NCBI GenBank assembly: GCA_050258415.1
Contig: JBLMYS010000126.1
Coordinates: forward strand, 1-58,213
DNA from: Acidobacteriota bacterium
GTDB taxonomy: Bacteria; Bacteroidota; Ignavibacteria; Ignavibacteriales; SURF-24
Direction: 5' to 3'
Length of the DNA: 58,213 bases
The notes under the pieces were generated by a model that searched no databases, had not been told where the DNA came from, and was given only the letters and a program-made list of their open reading frames with translations. Below, in pieces: positions 41,672 through 50,862 of this stretch. The first letter of the stretch is position 1, and each line of letters opens with the position of its first letter. Made by a program: the position numbers and the translations under genes.

Positions 41672-42637
41672 CTCCGTTTCCATTTCCTGCGCCAGCACTA
41701 TACCGCCATAGAGGGCGGCGTCGTCACCGAGTTTTGTGGCTACAATCTTAACTCCCCTGCCTGCATCGCTTAGAACTGTCTTATGAAACGATTCCTTAAC
41801 TATCGGGACCATAAATTTTGCAAGAGATTCAATTACGCCTCCGCCCAGGACTATCATATCCAGGTTTAACAGGTTAGTAACATTGGCAAGCGCCGTTCCA
41901 AGAACGTTTGAAGCCTTTGTTAATTCCCTGATTACAATTGGATCCTTTTTCTTAACTGCAAGGGCTAAGCCCTTACTTTTTATCGGTTTGTTTTTCGGGA
42001 GTATCTGAAGAAGTTTGCTGTTCTTTTTATTCTTAAGTTCTTTTCTTATATCCCTTACAATTGCGGTTCTGCTTGCAATTGCCTCAAGGCATCCTTTATT
42101 GCCGCAGCCGCATTTGGGACCGTTTTTCTCGACTACCATATGCCCTATTTCCCCGGCAAAGAAGTCGCTTCCCCTGTAGAGTTTATTGTCAAATATCAGG
42201 GCGCCGCCTACGCCAGTACCCACAAATACAACAAGAACATTTTTTCCTTTCCCCTTCAGCTCAAAGTTCTTAATTCCCAGGGCTGCAAGGTTAACGTCAT
42301 TTTCAATGAGTATCGGAATATCAATATGCTTTGCAAGTTCCTGCTTCATATTATAGTTTGTAATATTCAGATTGGGAGCAACTCCTATTTTCCCCGTAAA
42401 AGGATTTACCGAACCCGGAACTCCCAGGCTTACAGCCTTAATATCCTTAGGTTCCATACCTCCCTGCTCAATTACGCTTTTGATTGCCTCAGTGAGCCCC
42501 TCAATAAGTCCGCGTTTGCCATTCTCAAGCCGGGTTGCCACTTTGGATTTTGCAAGAATTTCACCATCCATCGTCATTAAAGCAGCCAGGATTTTTGTGC
42601 CCCCGAAGTCTACGCTTACAATATATTCTTTTTTCAA
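41657..42637 (-). CDS. ROK-family sugar kinase (glucokinase-like)
   Basis: VDFGGTKI, the ROK signature GEIGHM, and the Cys motif CGCGNKGCLE. The likely start is TTG at 42637, preceded by AGAGGA; the ORF track extends it to 42715. The last codons (KIKN-stop) lie inside the heptamer repeat. Confidence 0.85.
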   Translation of the reverse strand: MKKEYIVSVDFGGTKILAALMTMDGEILAKSKVATRLENGKRGLIEGLTEAIKSVIEQGGMEPKDIKAVSLGVPGSVNPFTGKIGVAPNLNITNYNMKQELAKHIDIPILIENDVNLAALGIKNFELKGKGKNVLVVFVGTGVGGALIFDNKLYRGSDFFAGEIGHMVVEKNGPKCGCGNKGCLEAIASRTAIVRDIRKELKNKKNSKLLQILPKNKPIKSKGLALAVKKKDPIVIRELTKASNVLGTALANVTNLLNLDMIVLGGGVIESLAKFMVPIVKESFHKTVLSDAGRGVKIVATKLGDDAALYGGIVLAQEMETEKIKN

Positions 42638-42727
42638 GTGGTTCCTCTTTAAAAATATGCCGGGTTCCGGAAAATATGTTTTTTGCTGCACCTCCCAAAA
42701 CCCGGCCGGATTCAAATAAAATTACAA

Positions 42728-43120
42728 TTATATTACTTCCACCAAAGCACTGGTTATAGTATTTTTGTCGGGATCAAGTAAAAACACCCTATAGATTCCC
42801 TTGTCGTTGAACTCTACGTCCCTAAAGTAAATATAAGTCATATCCGAATCTGTATCAAATTCATAATCCTTGTAGAATTCAAACTTCCCTTCGCGCGGAT
42901 TGTACTTATCGGCCTGGACATAAACTTTAGTAAAATAAATTTCTTTCTGGAGTTTTGCCATAACCGTGATTTTTCCGGTTGTAAATCTGTCGGAACAATC
43001 AACTTCCTTACCATCATATTTAACACAGAAGTAGAGCATGTCGCAGCTCTGAGCTTTAAGAGTATTGCTGAAAGAAAGGACAATAAAACCCAACATGAAT
43101 ATTGTAAAAAACTTTTTCAT
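42728..43120 (-). CDS. Small secreted hypothetical protein
   Basis: The probable start MKKFFTIFMLGFIVLSFSNTLKAQ (signal peptide) is at 43120. No family recognised. Confidence 0.55.
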   Translation of the reverse strand: MKKFFTIFMLGFIVLSFSNTLKAQSCDMLYFCVKYDGKEVDCSDRFTTGKITVMAKLQKEIYFTKVYVQADKYNPREGKFEFYKDYEFDTDSDMTYIYFRDVEFNDKGIYRVFLLDPDKNTITSALVEVI

Positions 43121-43265
43121 GCGCCCCCCACAGGTTGGTTTATAAATTATTATGGTTATATTTGACGGAAGAATATAGTTTAAATTGTTTTTTTTAGCAA
43201 CCGTTTTTTGTAAAATATTGTCGAAAGTCAATCTTGAATTGAAATAAGGAAAAGCTATTTAATAT

Positions 43266-44051
43266 ATGGATAAAATCAGACCGCTGAAGAAATTCGGCCA
43301 GAACTACCTGCAGGACAGGAACATACTTCTAAAAATTGTGGAGGAGATATCGCCAAAGGAAGATGACGCCTTAATAGAAATAGGCCCGGGCATGGGAATG
43401 CTTACGCAGGAGCTCTACAGCCGCACAAGAAATCTGACGGCCGTGGAAATAGACAGGCGCGTAATTGAAGACCTGAGGATTGAATTTCCTACTCTAAGGC
43501 TCATTAATGGGGATTTTCTGAAAATTGACCTTAAAGAAATTTATGATGAAAAAATGAAACCGCTTAGGATTGCAGGAAATATCCCTTATAATATAACCTC
43601 ACCCATAATTTTCAAGCTGATAGAAAACATTACTATAGTTGAGGATGCCGTTTTTATGGTGCAGTACGAGGTTGCAAGACGCCTTTCAGCCTCGCAGGGC
43701 TCTGAAGACTACGGAATTCTGGCCGTTATACTGAAATATTTTGCAGATGTGGAACTCTGTTTTAAGGTATCGCCAAACGTTTTTTATCCCCGGCCCAAGG
43801 TGTTTTCGGCTGTAGTGCATATAAGGTTTAACAATACGAGGACTGATCAGGCTTTCAACAAACTATTCAGGAATATTGTAAAAGCCTCCTTTGGCAACCG
43901 AAGAAAAACCTTAAAGAATTCGTTAAATAATAGTATATTTAGCGGGATAAATTTTGAAGGGTCCGGAATAGACCTCTCCAAAAGGGCCGAACAGCTCAAA
44001 TTGGAGGATTTCATTCAGCTTACGGACTTTGTAAAAGGGAAACAACAATAA
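43266..44051 (+). CDS. rsmA: 16S rRNA (adenine1518/1519-N6)-dimethyltransferase
   Basis: KKFGQNYLQD, EIGPGMG and NIPYNITSPI motifs. 261 aa. Confidence 0.93.
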   Translation: MDKIRPLKKFGQNYLQDRNILLKIVEEISPKEDDALIEIGPGMGMLTQELYSRTRNLTAVEIDRRVIEDLRIEFPTLRLINGDFLKIDLKEIYDEKMKPLRIAGNIPYNITSPIIFKLIENITIVEDAVFMVQYEVARRLSASQGSEDYGILAVILKYFADVELCFKVSPNVFYPRPKVFSAVVHIRFNNTRTDQAFNKLFRNIVKASFGNRRKTLKNSLNNSIFSGINFEGSGIDLSKRAEQLKLEDFIQLTDFVKGKQQ

Positions 44052-44060
44052 AATTGGTCT

Positions 44061-45092
44061 ATGCATCAGAATTTTGAGACAGTGAAAAATTTGGGGAATA
44101 AGGTTGCAGCTTCAGGAAAAGCTCCATCAAATAACGGGCAGGAAGGTGCTTTTGAGCGTTTGCTTTTGAAATTAAACGCTACGGATCTGATTGTAATTAC
44201 TTTCTACCTGTTTCTGACGGCCCTTAATCTTGTCTATTATGCGAGAGTTCACGAGTGGCCGTATCTAATACTGATTAACTTTGCCGTTATTTCATTTGTT
44301 GTTTCCGTAGCCGCTCTGGATGACTCGGGAAGAAGGAAATTCTGGTACCAGGTTCATTACTGGTATCTTGCCCCGTTAATACTTCTGACGTTCAAAGAGC
44401 TTTATCTTATGATTCAGCCGATCAGGGTACACGATTACGATTATATTCTCATAAATATAGACCACTTCATGTTTGGAGGAGACCCGACAAGGTTCCTTAT
44501 GAAGATTGCCAATCCGTTTTTGACCGAAATACTTCAGATCGCCTACGGGTCGTTCTACCTGTTGCCCATAATACTGGGCGTCAATCTGATGATGCAGAAA
44601 AGACTTACGGCACTCGACTTTAGCGTTTTTTCAGTCGTTTACGGCTTCTTTTTGTCGTATTATGGATACTTTCTCCTTCCGGCAATAGGGCCCAGGTTTA
44701 CGCTGCACGACTTTAATAACCTGAATAATGAGCTTCCGGGACTCTTTCTTACAAACTTCCTGCGCGAGGTTGTAAACACAGGAGAATCAATTCCGGCAGG
44801 CACACCTAATCCAGCGGCCATTGTGCAGAGGGACGTTTTCCCGAGCGGGCACACGGAAATGACGCTTATAGTTATGTACCTGGCGTACAAGTTTAAGGTT
44901 AAAAGCCGCTATTTCCTCATTCCCATAGGGACTCTTTTAATAATAGCCACTGTTTATATGCGCTATCATTACGTAATTGACCTCGCCGGCGGGGCTGTAT
45001 TCATGATATTTACTATGTGGAGCGGAAAGAAGATTTACAACTACTGGCAGAACTTCAAGGGTAAAAGTGAATTTGAATACAGCAGGTTCTAG
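44061..45092 (+). CDS. PAP2-superfamily membrane protein (phosphatase / phosphotransferase-like)
   Basis: Polytopic. PAP2 C-terminal motifs are FPSGHT and RYHYVIDLAGG. Confidence 0.7.
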   Translation: MHQNFETVKNLGNKVAASGKAPSNNGQEGAFERLLLKLNATDLIVITFYLFLTALNLVYYARVHEWPYLILINFAVISFVVSVAALDDSGRRKFWYQVHYWYLAPLILLTFKELYLMIQPIRVHDYDYILINIDHFMFGGDPTRFLMKIANPFLTEILQIAYGSFYLLPIILGVNLMMQKRLTALDFSVFSVVYGFFLSYYGYFLLPAIGPRFTLHDFNNLNNELPGLFLTNFLREVVNTGESIPAGTPNPAAIVQRDVFPSGHTEMTLIVMYLAYKFKVKSRYFLIPIGTLLIIATVYMRYHYVIDLAGGAVFMIFTMWSGKKIYNYWQNFKGKSEFEYSRF

Positions 45093-45093
45093 G

Positions 45094-45408
45094 TTACCGG
45101 TCTGCCTTCTGGATAATTTCTACGATGAGAGGGAAATACCTGTCCAATGAGCAGTTTACATCCTCTCTTAAATAGCAGTAGCCGTTTTCCTCTTGCGTAC
45201 GGCATTCAGAACAAACCTCGCTGCGGAGAACGTTTACATAGTCCTGAATGTCACTGCTGTCAATCGAATGCACAATTTCAACGATCTGTGGCAGATAGGC
45301 CTCAAGAGCACAGACCTCGTCTTTTGTCAGGTTGCATTTACCCAGGTCATTTGAATCGGCACATATTGAACATATATTCTGACGGATTGCTTTAAGATAC
45401 TTATCCAT
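45094..45408 (-). CDS. Cys-rich small protein with an internal duplication (2 x CxxC-x8-C-x8-C)
   Basis: The start MDKYLK at 45408 is preceded by AAGGAG. The two repeats are ICSICADSNDLGKCNLTKDEVCALEAYLPQIVEIVHSID and VCSECRTQEENGYCYLREDVNCSLDRYFPLIVEIIQKAD. Confidence 0.6.
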   Translation of the reverse strand: MDKYLKAIRQNICSICADSNDLGKCNLTKDEVCALEAYLPQIVEIVHSIDSSDIQDYVNVLRSEVCSECRTQEENGYCYLREDVNCSLDRYFPLIVEIIQKADR

Positions 45409-45477
45409 GGGACGGCTCCTTTTGTTAAGTAAAAAATTACAAATAATGAATTCTACTTTCAACACTATTCAGGAACT

Positions 45478-46158
45478 ATGAATAAAAAAACTCAGGTAAG
45501 GAACATGTTCGATTCCATAGCTTACAGGTATGATCTACTGAATCATCTCTTAAGCGCGGGAGTCGATGTATACTGGAGAAAGCGCTCGCTTAAAATGACG
45601 GGAATAACAAAAGATGCCGTTCTTCTGGACGTGGCCTGCGGCACCGGCGACTATGCCATTACGGCCAGGAAGATGGGTGTAAAGAAAATCTTCGGGGCCG
45701 ACTTATCATTCCAGATGCTGAAATTCTTCAATACAAAGACCAGCTGGAGTCTGGGCAACACGATGGAGATGGTAGCTGAGATGCCCCCCATAAAAAACGA
45801 TGCAATTACAAATATTACGGTCGGCTTTGGGGTCAGAAATTTTTACGATATACAGAAGTCATTCGATTCATTCCACCGGATATTAAAGCCCGGGGGGAAA
45901 GCTACAATACTGGAATTCAGGCTCCCCTCAAACCCTTTAATTAAAGCAATTTACCAGTTTTACTTCAGGCGGATTCTACCCATGATCGGGGGAATGATCT
46001 CGAAGGACAAGGCAGCTTACACGTACCTGCCGGAGTCGGTTCAGGAGTTCGATAAAAATGTAAATCTGCCGGAGCTTTTTAAGAACTCCGGCTTCAGCAA
46101 AGTTGAAAGACACTCACTCACCTTCGGCATTGTGCAGGTGGTTATAGCCACAAAATAG
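45478..46158 (+). CDS. ubiE: Demethylmenaquinone / ubiquinone-menaquinone C-methyltransferase
   Basis: MFDSIAYRYDLLNHLLSAGVDVYWRK and SAM motif LDVACGTGD. 226 aa. Confidence 0.85.
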   Translation: MNKKTQVRNMFDSIAYRYDLLNHLLSAGVDVYWRKRSLKMTGITKDAVLLDVACGTGDYAITARKMGVKKIFGADLSFQMLKFFNTKTSWSLGNTMEMVAEMPPIKNDAITNITVGFGVRNFYDIQKSFDSFHRILKPGGKATILEFRLPSNPLIKAIYQFYFRRILPMIGGMISKDKAAYTYLPESVQEFDKNVNLPELFKNSGFSKVERHSLTFGIVQVVIATK

Positions 46159-46965
46159 CTACTTAATGTCGTATGAGGTCAGGTTCTGCGAAACAGTTTT
46201 CGTGGTGTCGGCAAAATTGATTCCTCCCCCGCTGAGCGCCCCGAGAATTGTTCCGTTGCCCTGGAACTTTACGACTCCTATATCCTTAACAAACCAGGCA
46301 TCGGCACTAAAAGTCCTCTTTGAAGGATTAAGGGGATTATTAAGGTCCGGGATTGTAAGTGTAAAATCGTATTTGATCTTCTCGGCCGGCAGAGTCTTCT
46401 GCCCCGAGGAAAGGTTCAGTGTCAGGTTCTCATTCCCCTGGTAACTTGCCGCAAGGTCGATTACATTGAGTGTTATGAGCGATCCGTACTTGATATTCAT
46501 TCTAAAAGCCGACCATGGCAAGCTTTTATCCAGAGGATAGTTAAAGGCCCGGAGCTCATTATCGATCTGAACTGTAAGCTGCGATTTTATGGAATCGGGG
46601 ATAAATTTGCCGATGCCCGCCGTATCGATAAAGAAATACACCCCTACATCGGAACGCCTGAAATACATTGTGCTTTTAACTGAATCGGGGCCGATTTTAA
46701 CCGAGCTTACCTGTGAGATATATTCCGTTCCGTTAATTGTCTTAGTGCCCGTAAAGACGGAAGTTCTGGTAGTTAATGCCCCGCCGGCACCCGTAGTATC
46801 GACGCTGTATACAAAGCTGGATCCGACGCCGCCCGGATAGTAGTTTTTGGCAGTAACCGCGCCCTCGGGAGCCGTAGGTTCAGTAGAACTTTTCTTACAC
46901 GAATAAAAAAGAAAGCCAGTTGCAAAAACCAAAAGGAGCAAATACCTAAGTTTCATATTTTCCAT
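46159..46965 (-). CDS. Hypothetical lipoprotein
   Basis: Signal peptide plus lipobox (LLLLVFATGFLFYSC). Beta-rich, with no family recognised. Confidence 0.6.
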   Translation of the reverse strand: MENMKLRYLLLLVFATGFLFYSCKKSSTEPTAPEGAVTAKNYYPGGVGSSFVYSVDTTGAGGALTTRTSVFTGTKTINGTEYISQVSSVKIGPDSVKSTMYFRRSDVGVYFFIDTAGIGKFIPDSIKSQLTVQIDNELRAFNYPLDKSLPWSAFRMNIKYGSLITLNVIDLAASYQGNENLTLNLSSGQKTLPAEKIKYDFTLTIPDLNNPLNPSKRTFSADAWFVKDIGVVKFQGNGTILGALSGGGINFADTTKTVSQNLTSYDIK

Positions 46966-47542
46966 CCCTTCTCATTATATCTTTAAGTAAATTAAACGCC
47001 TTTGCACGGTGACTTATTTTATTTTTCTCATCGGGACTTATTTCCGCCATAGTTTTAGTGTATCCCTCGGGCAGGAACAAAGGGTCGTAACCGAAGCCAT
47101 GCTCCCCTTTGGGTTCGCTGATAATTGTGCCGGGGACTTCGCCGAAAGCCTTAAGGTATGTACACCCATCAAAATAGACTGCGCAGCAGATAAACGTGGC
47201 TGAGTGGGGTTCAGGAAATTTTTTGAGCTCTTCCAGGAGTTTATTGTTATTGTCCAGGTCCGTTGCATTTTCGCCTGCGAAGCGTGCGGAATAAACTCCC
47301 GGGGCACCCTGGAGCTGGTCGACTGCGAGGCCTGAGTCGTCGGCAATAACCGGAAGCCTGAAGAGGTCGTAGATTGTAACGGCTTTAATTCTGGCATTTT
47401 CCTCGAAAGTTATGCCATCCTCAACAATTTCAGGAACGTCTGTCAACTCCTTAAGAGATAATATGTTATGGCTTATGTCCTGAAATATTGCTTTAACTTC
47501 CTTAAGCTTGCCTTTATTGCCTGTTGCGAAAATTATATCCAT
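46946..47542 (-). CDS. rdgB: dITP/XTP pyrophosphatase (Ham1/RdgB family)
   Basis: Start MDIIFATGNKGKLKE at 47542. DDSGL and FGYDPLF motifs are present. Confidence 0.9.
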   Translation of the reverse strand: MDIIFATGNKGKLKEVKAIFQDISHNILSLKELTDVPEIVEDGITFEENARIKAVTIYDLFRLPVIADDSGLAVDQLQGAPGVYSARFAGENATDLDNNNKLLEELKKFPEPHSATFICCAVYFDGCTYLKAFGEVPGTIISEPKGEHGFGYDPLFLPEGYTKTMAEISPDEKNKISHRAKAFNLLKDIMRRDGKYET

Positions 47543-47606
47543 AGTAAATGCTGTAAATGGTGAAAAAAAATGGAAGAACAATTAAATGAATCTGATTAAT
47601 AGAAAA

Positions 47607-47642
47607 ATGCCGTTCATACAATAAATATTATACAAACGGCAT
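47607..47642 (-). terminator. Hairpin plus T-run downstream of the CMD-family gene
   Basis: 8-bp stem atgccgtt / aacggcat with a 20-nt loop. On the minus strand it is followed by ttttt. Confidence 0.5.
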
Positions 47643-47692
47643 CATTATCTAAATGTTAAAATTTTGCTCGTTCCGGGTTTAGCTGTCCGGGG

Positions 47693-48058
47693 TTATTTGG
47701 CTTCTTCCTCAGGTTGTTCGCCCAGGAGTTCGTCGAGGATTTCCATAGCGTATCTGAGGTGAGGGATGACAATAGAGCCTCCGATAATGAGGCCGATATT
47801 AAAGGCCTCATAGATTTCCTGGCGTGTAGCGCCTTCTGAGACGCAGCGGTCGACGTGGTAGAAGATGCAGTCGTTACATCTCAGGACCATAGAGCCGACG
47901 AGTCCCATAAGTTCCTTCATTTTAGCCGGGAGGGCGCCGTCGATATAGGCTTTATTATCGAGAGCGAAGAATTTATTAAAGTCCCTAAAGCCCGAGTTGA
48001 GTATTTTCTCATTCATATCGGTGCGGTACTTGCGGGTTTCGGAGATTGATTTTTTCAT
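47693..48058 (-). CDS. Carboxymuconolactone decarboxylase / AhpD-like family protein
   Basis: 121 aa with the CxxC-containing motif LRCNDCIFYH, typical of AhpD-core proteins. Confidence 0.75.
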   Translation of the reverse strand: MKKSISETRKYRTDMNEKILNSGFRDFNKFFALDNKAYIDGALPAKMKELMGLVGSMVLRCNDCIFYHVDRCVSEGATRQEIYEAFNIGLIIGGSIVIPHLRYAMEILDELLGEQPEEEAK

Positions 48059-48146
48059 AATTAACCTTCATAGTTTTAATAATTTATGCCAGAAAAATAT
48101 GCAAGGAGGAAGTAAGATCAAAATCTTTCCGGCGGAGCCGGAAAGC

Positions 48147-48220
48147 AATTAAAAATTAAAAATGAAAAATTAAAAAGTAAAGATGGGAGCAGAAAATCTA
48201 AAAAAAGGGATAAGAATGGG
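48147..48220. repeat. Half copy of the AAAAATT-heptamer element
   Basis: aatt aaaaatt aaaaatg aaaaatt aaaaagt aaagatggg...aaaaaaagggataagaatggg aligns with 41517-41587 of the palindromic element. A 9-bp hairpin ctttccggc-gga-gccggaaag lies just upstream at 48125-48145. Confidence 0.7.
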
Positions 48221-48292
48221 AAAAAAGTATTTTATTATTTGGTGAGATATGCTTATATTAGTAATTCAAAATAATGAAATTCAGCTACGAAC

Positions 48293-48385
48293 GGAGAGAT
48301 GGGTGAGTGGCTGAAACCAACGGTTTGCTAAACCGTCGTAGGGGGTAAACCTCTACCCCGGGTTCGAATCCCGGTCTCTCCGCCA
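48293..48385 (+). tRNA. tRNA-Ser (anticodon GCT), class II with a long variable arm and encoded CCA
   Basis: Acceptor GGAGAGA/TCTCTCC. Anticodon stem ACGGT/ACCGT with loop TTGCTAA. 7-bp variable arm. T-arm CCGGG-TTCGAAT-CCCGG. Discriminator G plus CCA. Confidence 0.93.
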
Positions 48386-48393
48386 TAAAAAAG

Positions 48394-48423
48394 GCCTGAA
48401 GTCAGAAGATTTCAGGCTTTTTT
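48394..48423 (+). terminator. Intrinsic terminator of the tRNA-Ser gene
   Basis: Sequence is gcctgaa-gtcagaagat-ttcaggc followed by tttttt. Confidence 0.8.
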
Positions 48424-48555
48424 GTGCCCTTACGTTAATGCATGCTCCCCTTCCTTTACCCATTAAATGGTACATAGAATAAATTATATTATTCCGGCAA
48501 ATTTGATTTAGATAAATTTCTGTGGTAATTTATTGCAAGAATTGGATAAAAGATT

Positions 48556-48812
48556 ATGCCGGAGATTTGCAGATTTTATGGCATTATAATATTCATGAAC
48601 TACAATGACCACAATCCTCCTCATTTAATGCGAGATATCACGATCAGGAAGTAATTGTGGAAATACAAACAGGAAATGTCGAAGGTAAAATGTCCCAAAG
48701 AGCTCTTACAATGATTTTTGAGTGGACAGACAAACACAGAAATGAGCTTCTTGAAAACTGGGAGCTGACAAAGCAGAGAAAATCATTAAAAAATATTTCC
48801 CCACTTCACTAA
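48556..48812 (+). pseudogene. DUF4160-family gene with a -1 frameshift
   Basis: Frame 1 reads MPEICRFYGIIIFMNYNDHNPPH and stops at 48652-48654. The continuation FNARYHDQEVIVEIQTGNVEGKMSQRALTMIFEWTDKHRNELLENWELTKQRKSLKNISPLH is in the next frame from about 48627. One base appears to be missing in cat-tt-aat at 48622-48629. Confidence 0.7.
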
Positions 48813-48815
48813 AGG

Positions 48816-49076
48816 ATGCTTATGTTTTTACATATTGAGCATTTTGGATTTAAGGACGGCTACGATCTAAAAATCAGGTTCAGCAATGGGGTTGAAAAGG
48901 ATGTGGATTTTTCGAATGAGCTTTACGGCGAAGTGTTTGAACCTCTTAAAGATGAATCTTATTTCAGAAAAGCATTCCACAACAGAGATACCAACACAAT
49001 CGAATGGCCTAACGGTGCAGATTTTGCTCCGGAATTTCTCTTTGGAATAGGGAAAGAGGTAAGAAGATCCGCCTAA
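48816..49076 (+). CDS. DUF2442-family small protein
   Basis: 86 aa: GYDLKIRFSNGVEKDVDFS...FEPLKDESYFRKAF...TIEWPNGADFAPEFL. It starts 4 nt after the DUF4160 reading frame ends, the usual pairing for these families. Confidence 0.7.
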   Translation: MLMFLHIEHFGFKDGYDLKIRFSNGVEKDVDFSNELYGEVFEPLKDESYFRKAFHNRDTNTIEWPNGADFAPEFLFGIGKEVRRSA

Positions 49077-49110
49077 AACCCGCCCCCCATTTTCCCGGTC
49101 TGCCATGGTT

Positions 49111-49218
49111 TTAATTATCAGAAATCTTGATTTATCATCAGATTTCTGATAATTAAATATTATTTTACCTTCCGGATTATTATTTTTTTCATGCAGTTTA
49201 TTCCGGCCCGATCTTTGA
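49111..49218 (+). repeat. Copy 1 of a ~110-bp intergenic module: 17-bp-stem palindrome plus conserved box ATGCAGTTTATT..GGCC.GATCTTTG
   Basis: The palindrome is ttaattatcagaaatct (49111-49127) / agatttctgataattaa (49140-49156). The conserved box lies at 49191-49218. It is homologous to 55371-55475 with the same spacing (78 vs 76 nt). Confidence 0.7.
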
Positions 49219-49293
49219 ACAGCTTTTACAAAAGATTAATTTAATAGAAAATTAAGGAAGTCATAATAACTTAAATTTTCAGGAGGACTCCCA

Positions 49294-50646
49294 ATGCTCA
49301 GGTTAAACTTAGTTCTGGCTGTTCTTATTATCTCATCTATTGCCTCTGCTCAGACATGGGTAAAACTTAACCCAAATTTCCCCAAACCGGATACGGTAGG
49401 CCGGATAGCCCAGATTACATTCACAAGTAAGAACATTGGTTGGCTATACACAACGTATGACAATACCCCTCATATTGATTTTGTAAAATTACTATATAAA
49501 ACGACTGATGGCGGTCATAACTGGGAGACTATGAAGAAAGAGATTACCAACAGGTATTCAACCTTTACAATGTTTTCGCTTGACCCTAACCATTTAATTA
49601 CAGTCGATGTGAACTTCTTTGACAGCACCTTTACTTCACTTCGAACATTAGATGGCGGGGAAAGCTGGGACTCGACACTTTTGGCTCCTCAGAAACACTA
49701 TTATTCGGGAGGGAATAATATTTACTTCTTCGACAAGGACAACGGGATCTTTTTCAACGACTACAGGTGGTATACAAGTGATGGAGGCCGTTCCTGGGAA
49801 AAGGGAGAAGATAACTTTTATTTGCCATACGTAAGTGATGTCGATTTTGTAGATCGCAACCTGGGTTGGATTGTCTGCAGTTATTCCCACTATGCAACTG
49901 ACAGCGGAGCCATTCTTGGGACAACGGACGGGGGTAAAACGTGGCAATATCATGATTCTTTAGCAATGATACTCTATGGAGTTGATTTTATCACTCCCGA
50001 TAAAGGATTTGCTGTGGGTACAAACTGGCATCACGATACGGGATTTATATATTCAACAATTGATGGAGGAAAAACCTGGCAACACGAGCAATTTAAGAAT
50101 ATGGGAGCATTCACGGACATTAAGTTTTTGAATGATACTACCGGATGGATTATCTGCGCTGATCCACAAAAGTTAAATAGCGGAAAGATATTAAAAACCC
50201 TGAATGGTGGGAAGTCGTGGGAAGTACAGGTGAATGGCATCAGTTCACAATTAAAGAAAATTATGATTAAGGATAATACAGGTTTTATTTTTGGTGATGA
50301 TTACAATTTAATGACTCATACACTTCTCCGGGCAGATCTCAGCAATATTACAGGGATATGGGATGAACATAAAATAATTGCAAGTACATTTTCCCTTTCA
50401 CAAAATTACCCGAACCCGTTTAATCCAATTACAACAATCAGTTATTCAATTCCCAAAGCTTCACTGGTTGAGCTGAAGGTTTTTGATATGCTCGGGCATG
50501 AAGTACAGAAGCTTGTGAGTAAGGAGCAGAGTGCAGGAGAATATATTTTAAAGTTTGATGCCTCTTCCCTGCCCAGCGGAATGTATATATATTCCATCCA
50601 GGCTGGGGACTTCAGAAGTTCAAAGAAACTCCTCCTGCTTAAGTAA
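49294..50646 (+). CDS. Secreted BNR/Ycf48-like beta-propeller protein with a T9SS C-terminal sorting domain
   Basis: Signal peptide (IASAQ). Asp-box repeats are DGGHNWE, DGGESWD, DGGRSWE, DGGKTWQ (x2) and NGGKSWE. The CTD is NYPNPFNPITTISYSIP...LPSGMYIYSIQAGDFRSSKKLLLLK. Confidence 0.85.
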   Translation: MLRLNLVLAVLIISSIASAQTWVKLNPNFPKPDTVGRIAQITFTSKNIGWLYTTYDNTPHIDFVKLLYKTTDGGHNWETMKKEITNRYSTFTMFSLDPNHLITVDVNFFDSTFTSLRTLDGGESWDSTLLAPQKHYYSGGNNIYFFDKDNGIFFNDYRWYTSDGGRSWEKGEDNFYLPYVSDVDFVDRNLGWIVCSYSHYATDSGAILGTTDGGKTWQYHDSLAMILYGVDFITPDKGFAVGTNWHHDTGFIYSTIDGGKTWQHEQFKNMGAFTDIKFLNDTTGWIICADPQKLNSGKILKTLNGGKSWEVQVNGISSQLKKIMIKDNTGFIFGDDYNLMTHTLLRADLSNITGIWDEHKIIASTFSLSQNYPNPFNPITTISYSIPKASLVELKVFDMLGHEVQKLVSKEQSAGEYILKFDASSLPSGMYIYSIQAGDFRSSKKLLLLK

Positions 50647-50862
50647 CAACATGAACTGATCACAGTTGAAAGTCCTTGAAGATCTATTCCCCAGGTTTAT
50701 TTTGTTGAAAAATATTTCAGGACATTTTGAGGAAATCGGATTTAATAAAGTGCCTAAAACAGCTTGTCTTTACTACTTTTTATGGTAGAACGCTTTCTTC
50801 CGGTCTCTCCGCCATCAAACAATTAAGCCTGAAGTCAGAAGATTTCAGGCTTTTTTTGTGCC
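50560..50862 (+). repeat. ~300-bp direct repeat, copy 1 (last ~28 codons of the T9SS CTD, 3' flank, tRNA-Ser 3' fragment, terminator)
   Basis: Roughly 90% identical by eye to 53714-54015. It contains ccggtctctccgcca at 50800-50814 and the hairpin gcctgaagtcagaagatttcaggc plus T7 at 50827-50857. Confidence 0.85.
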
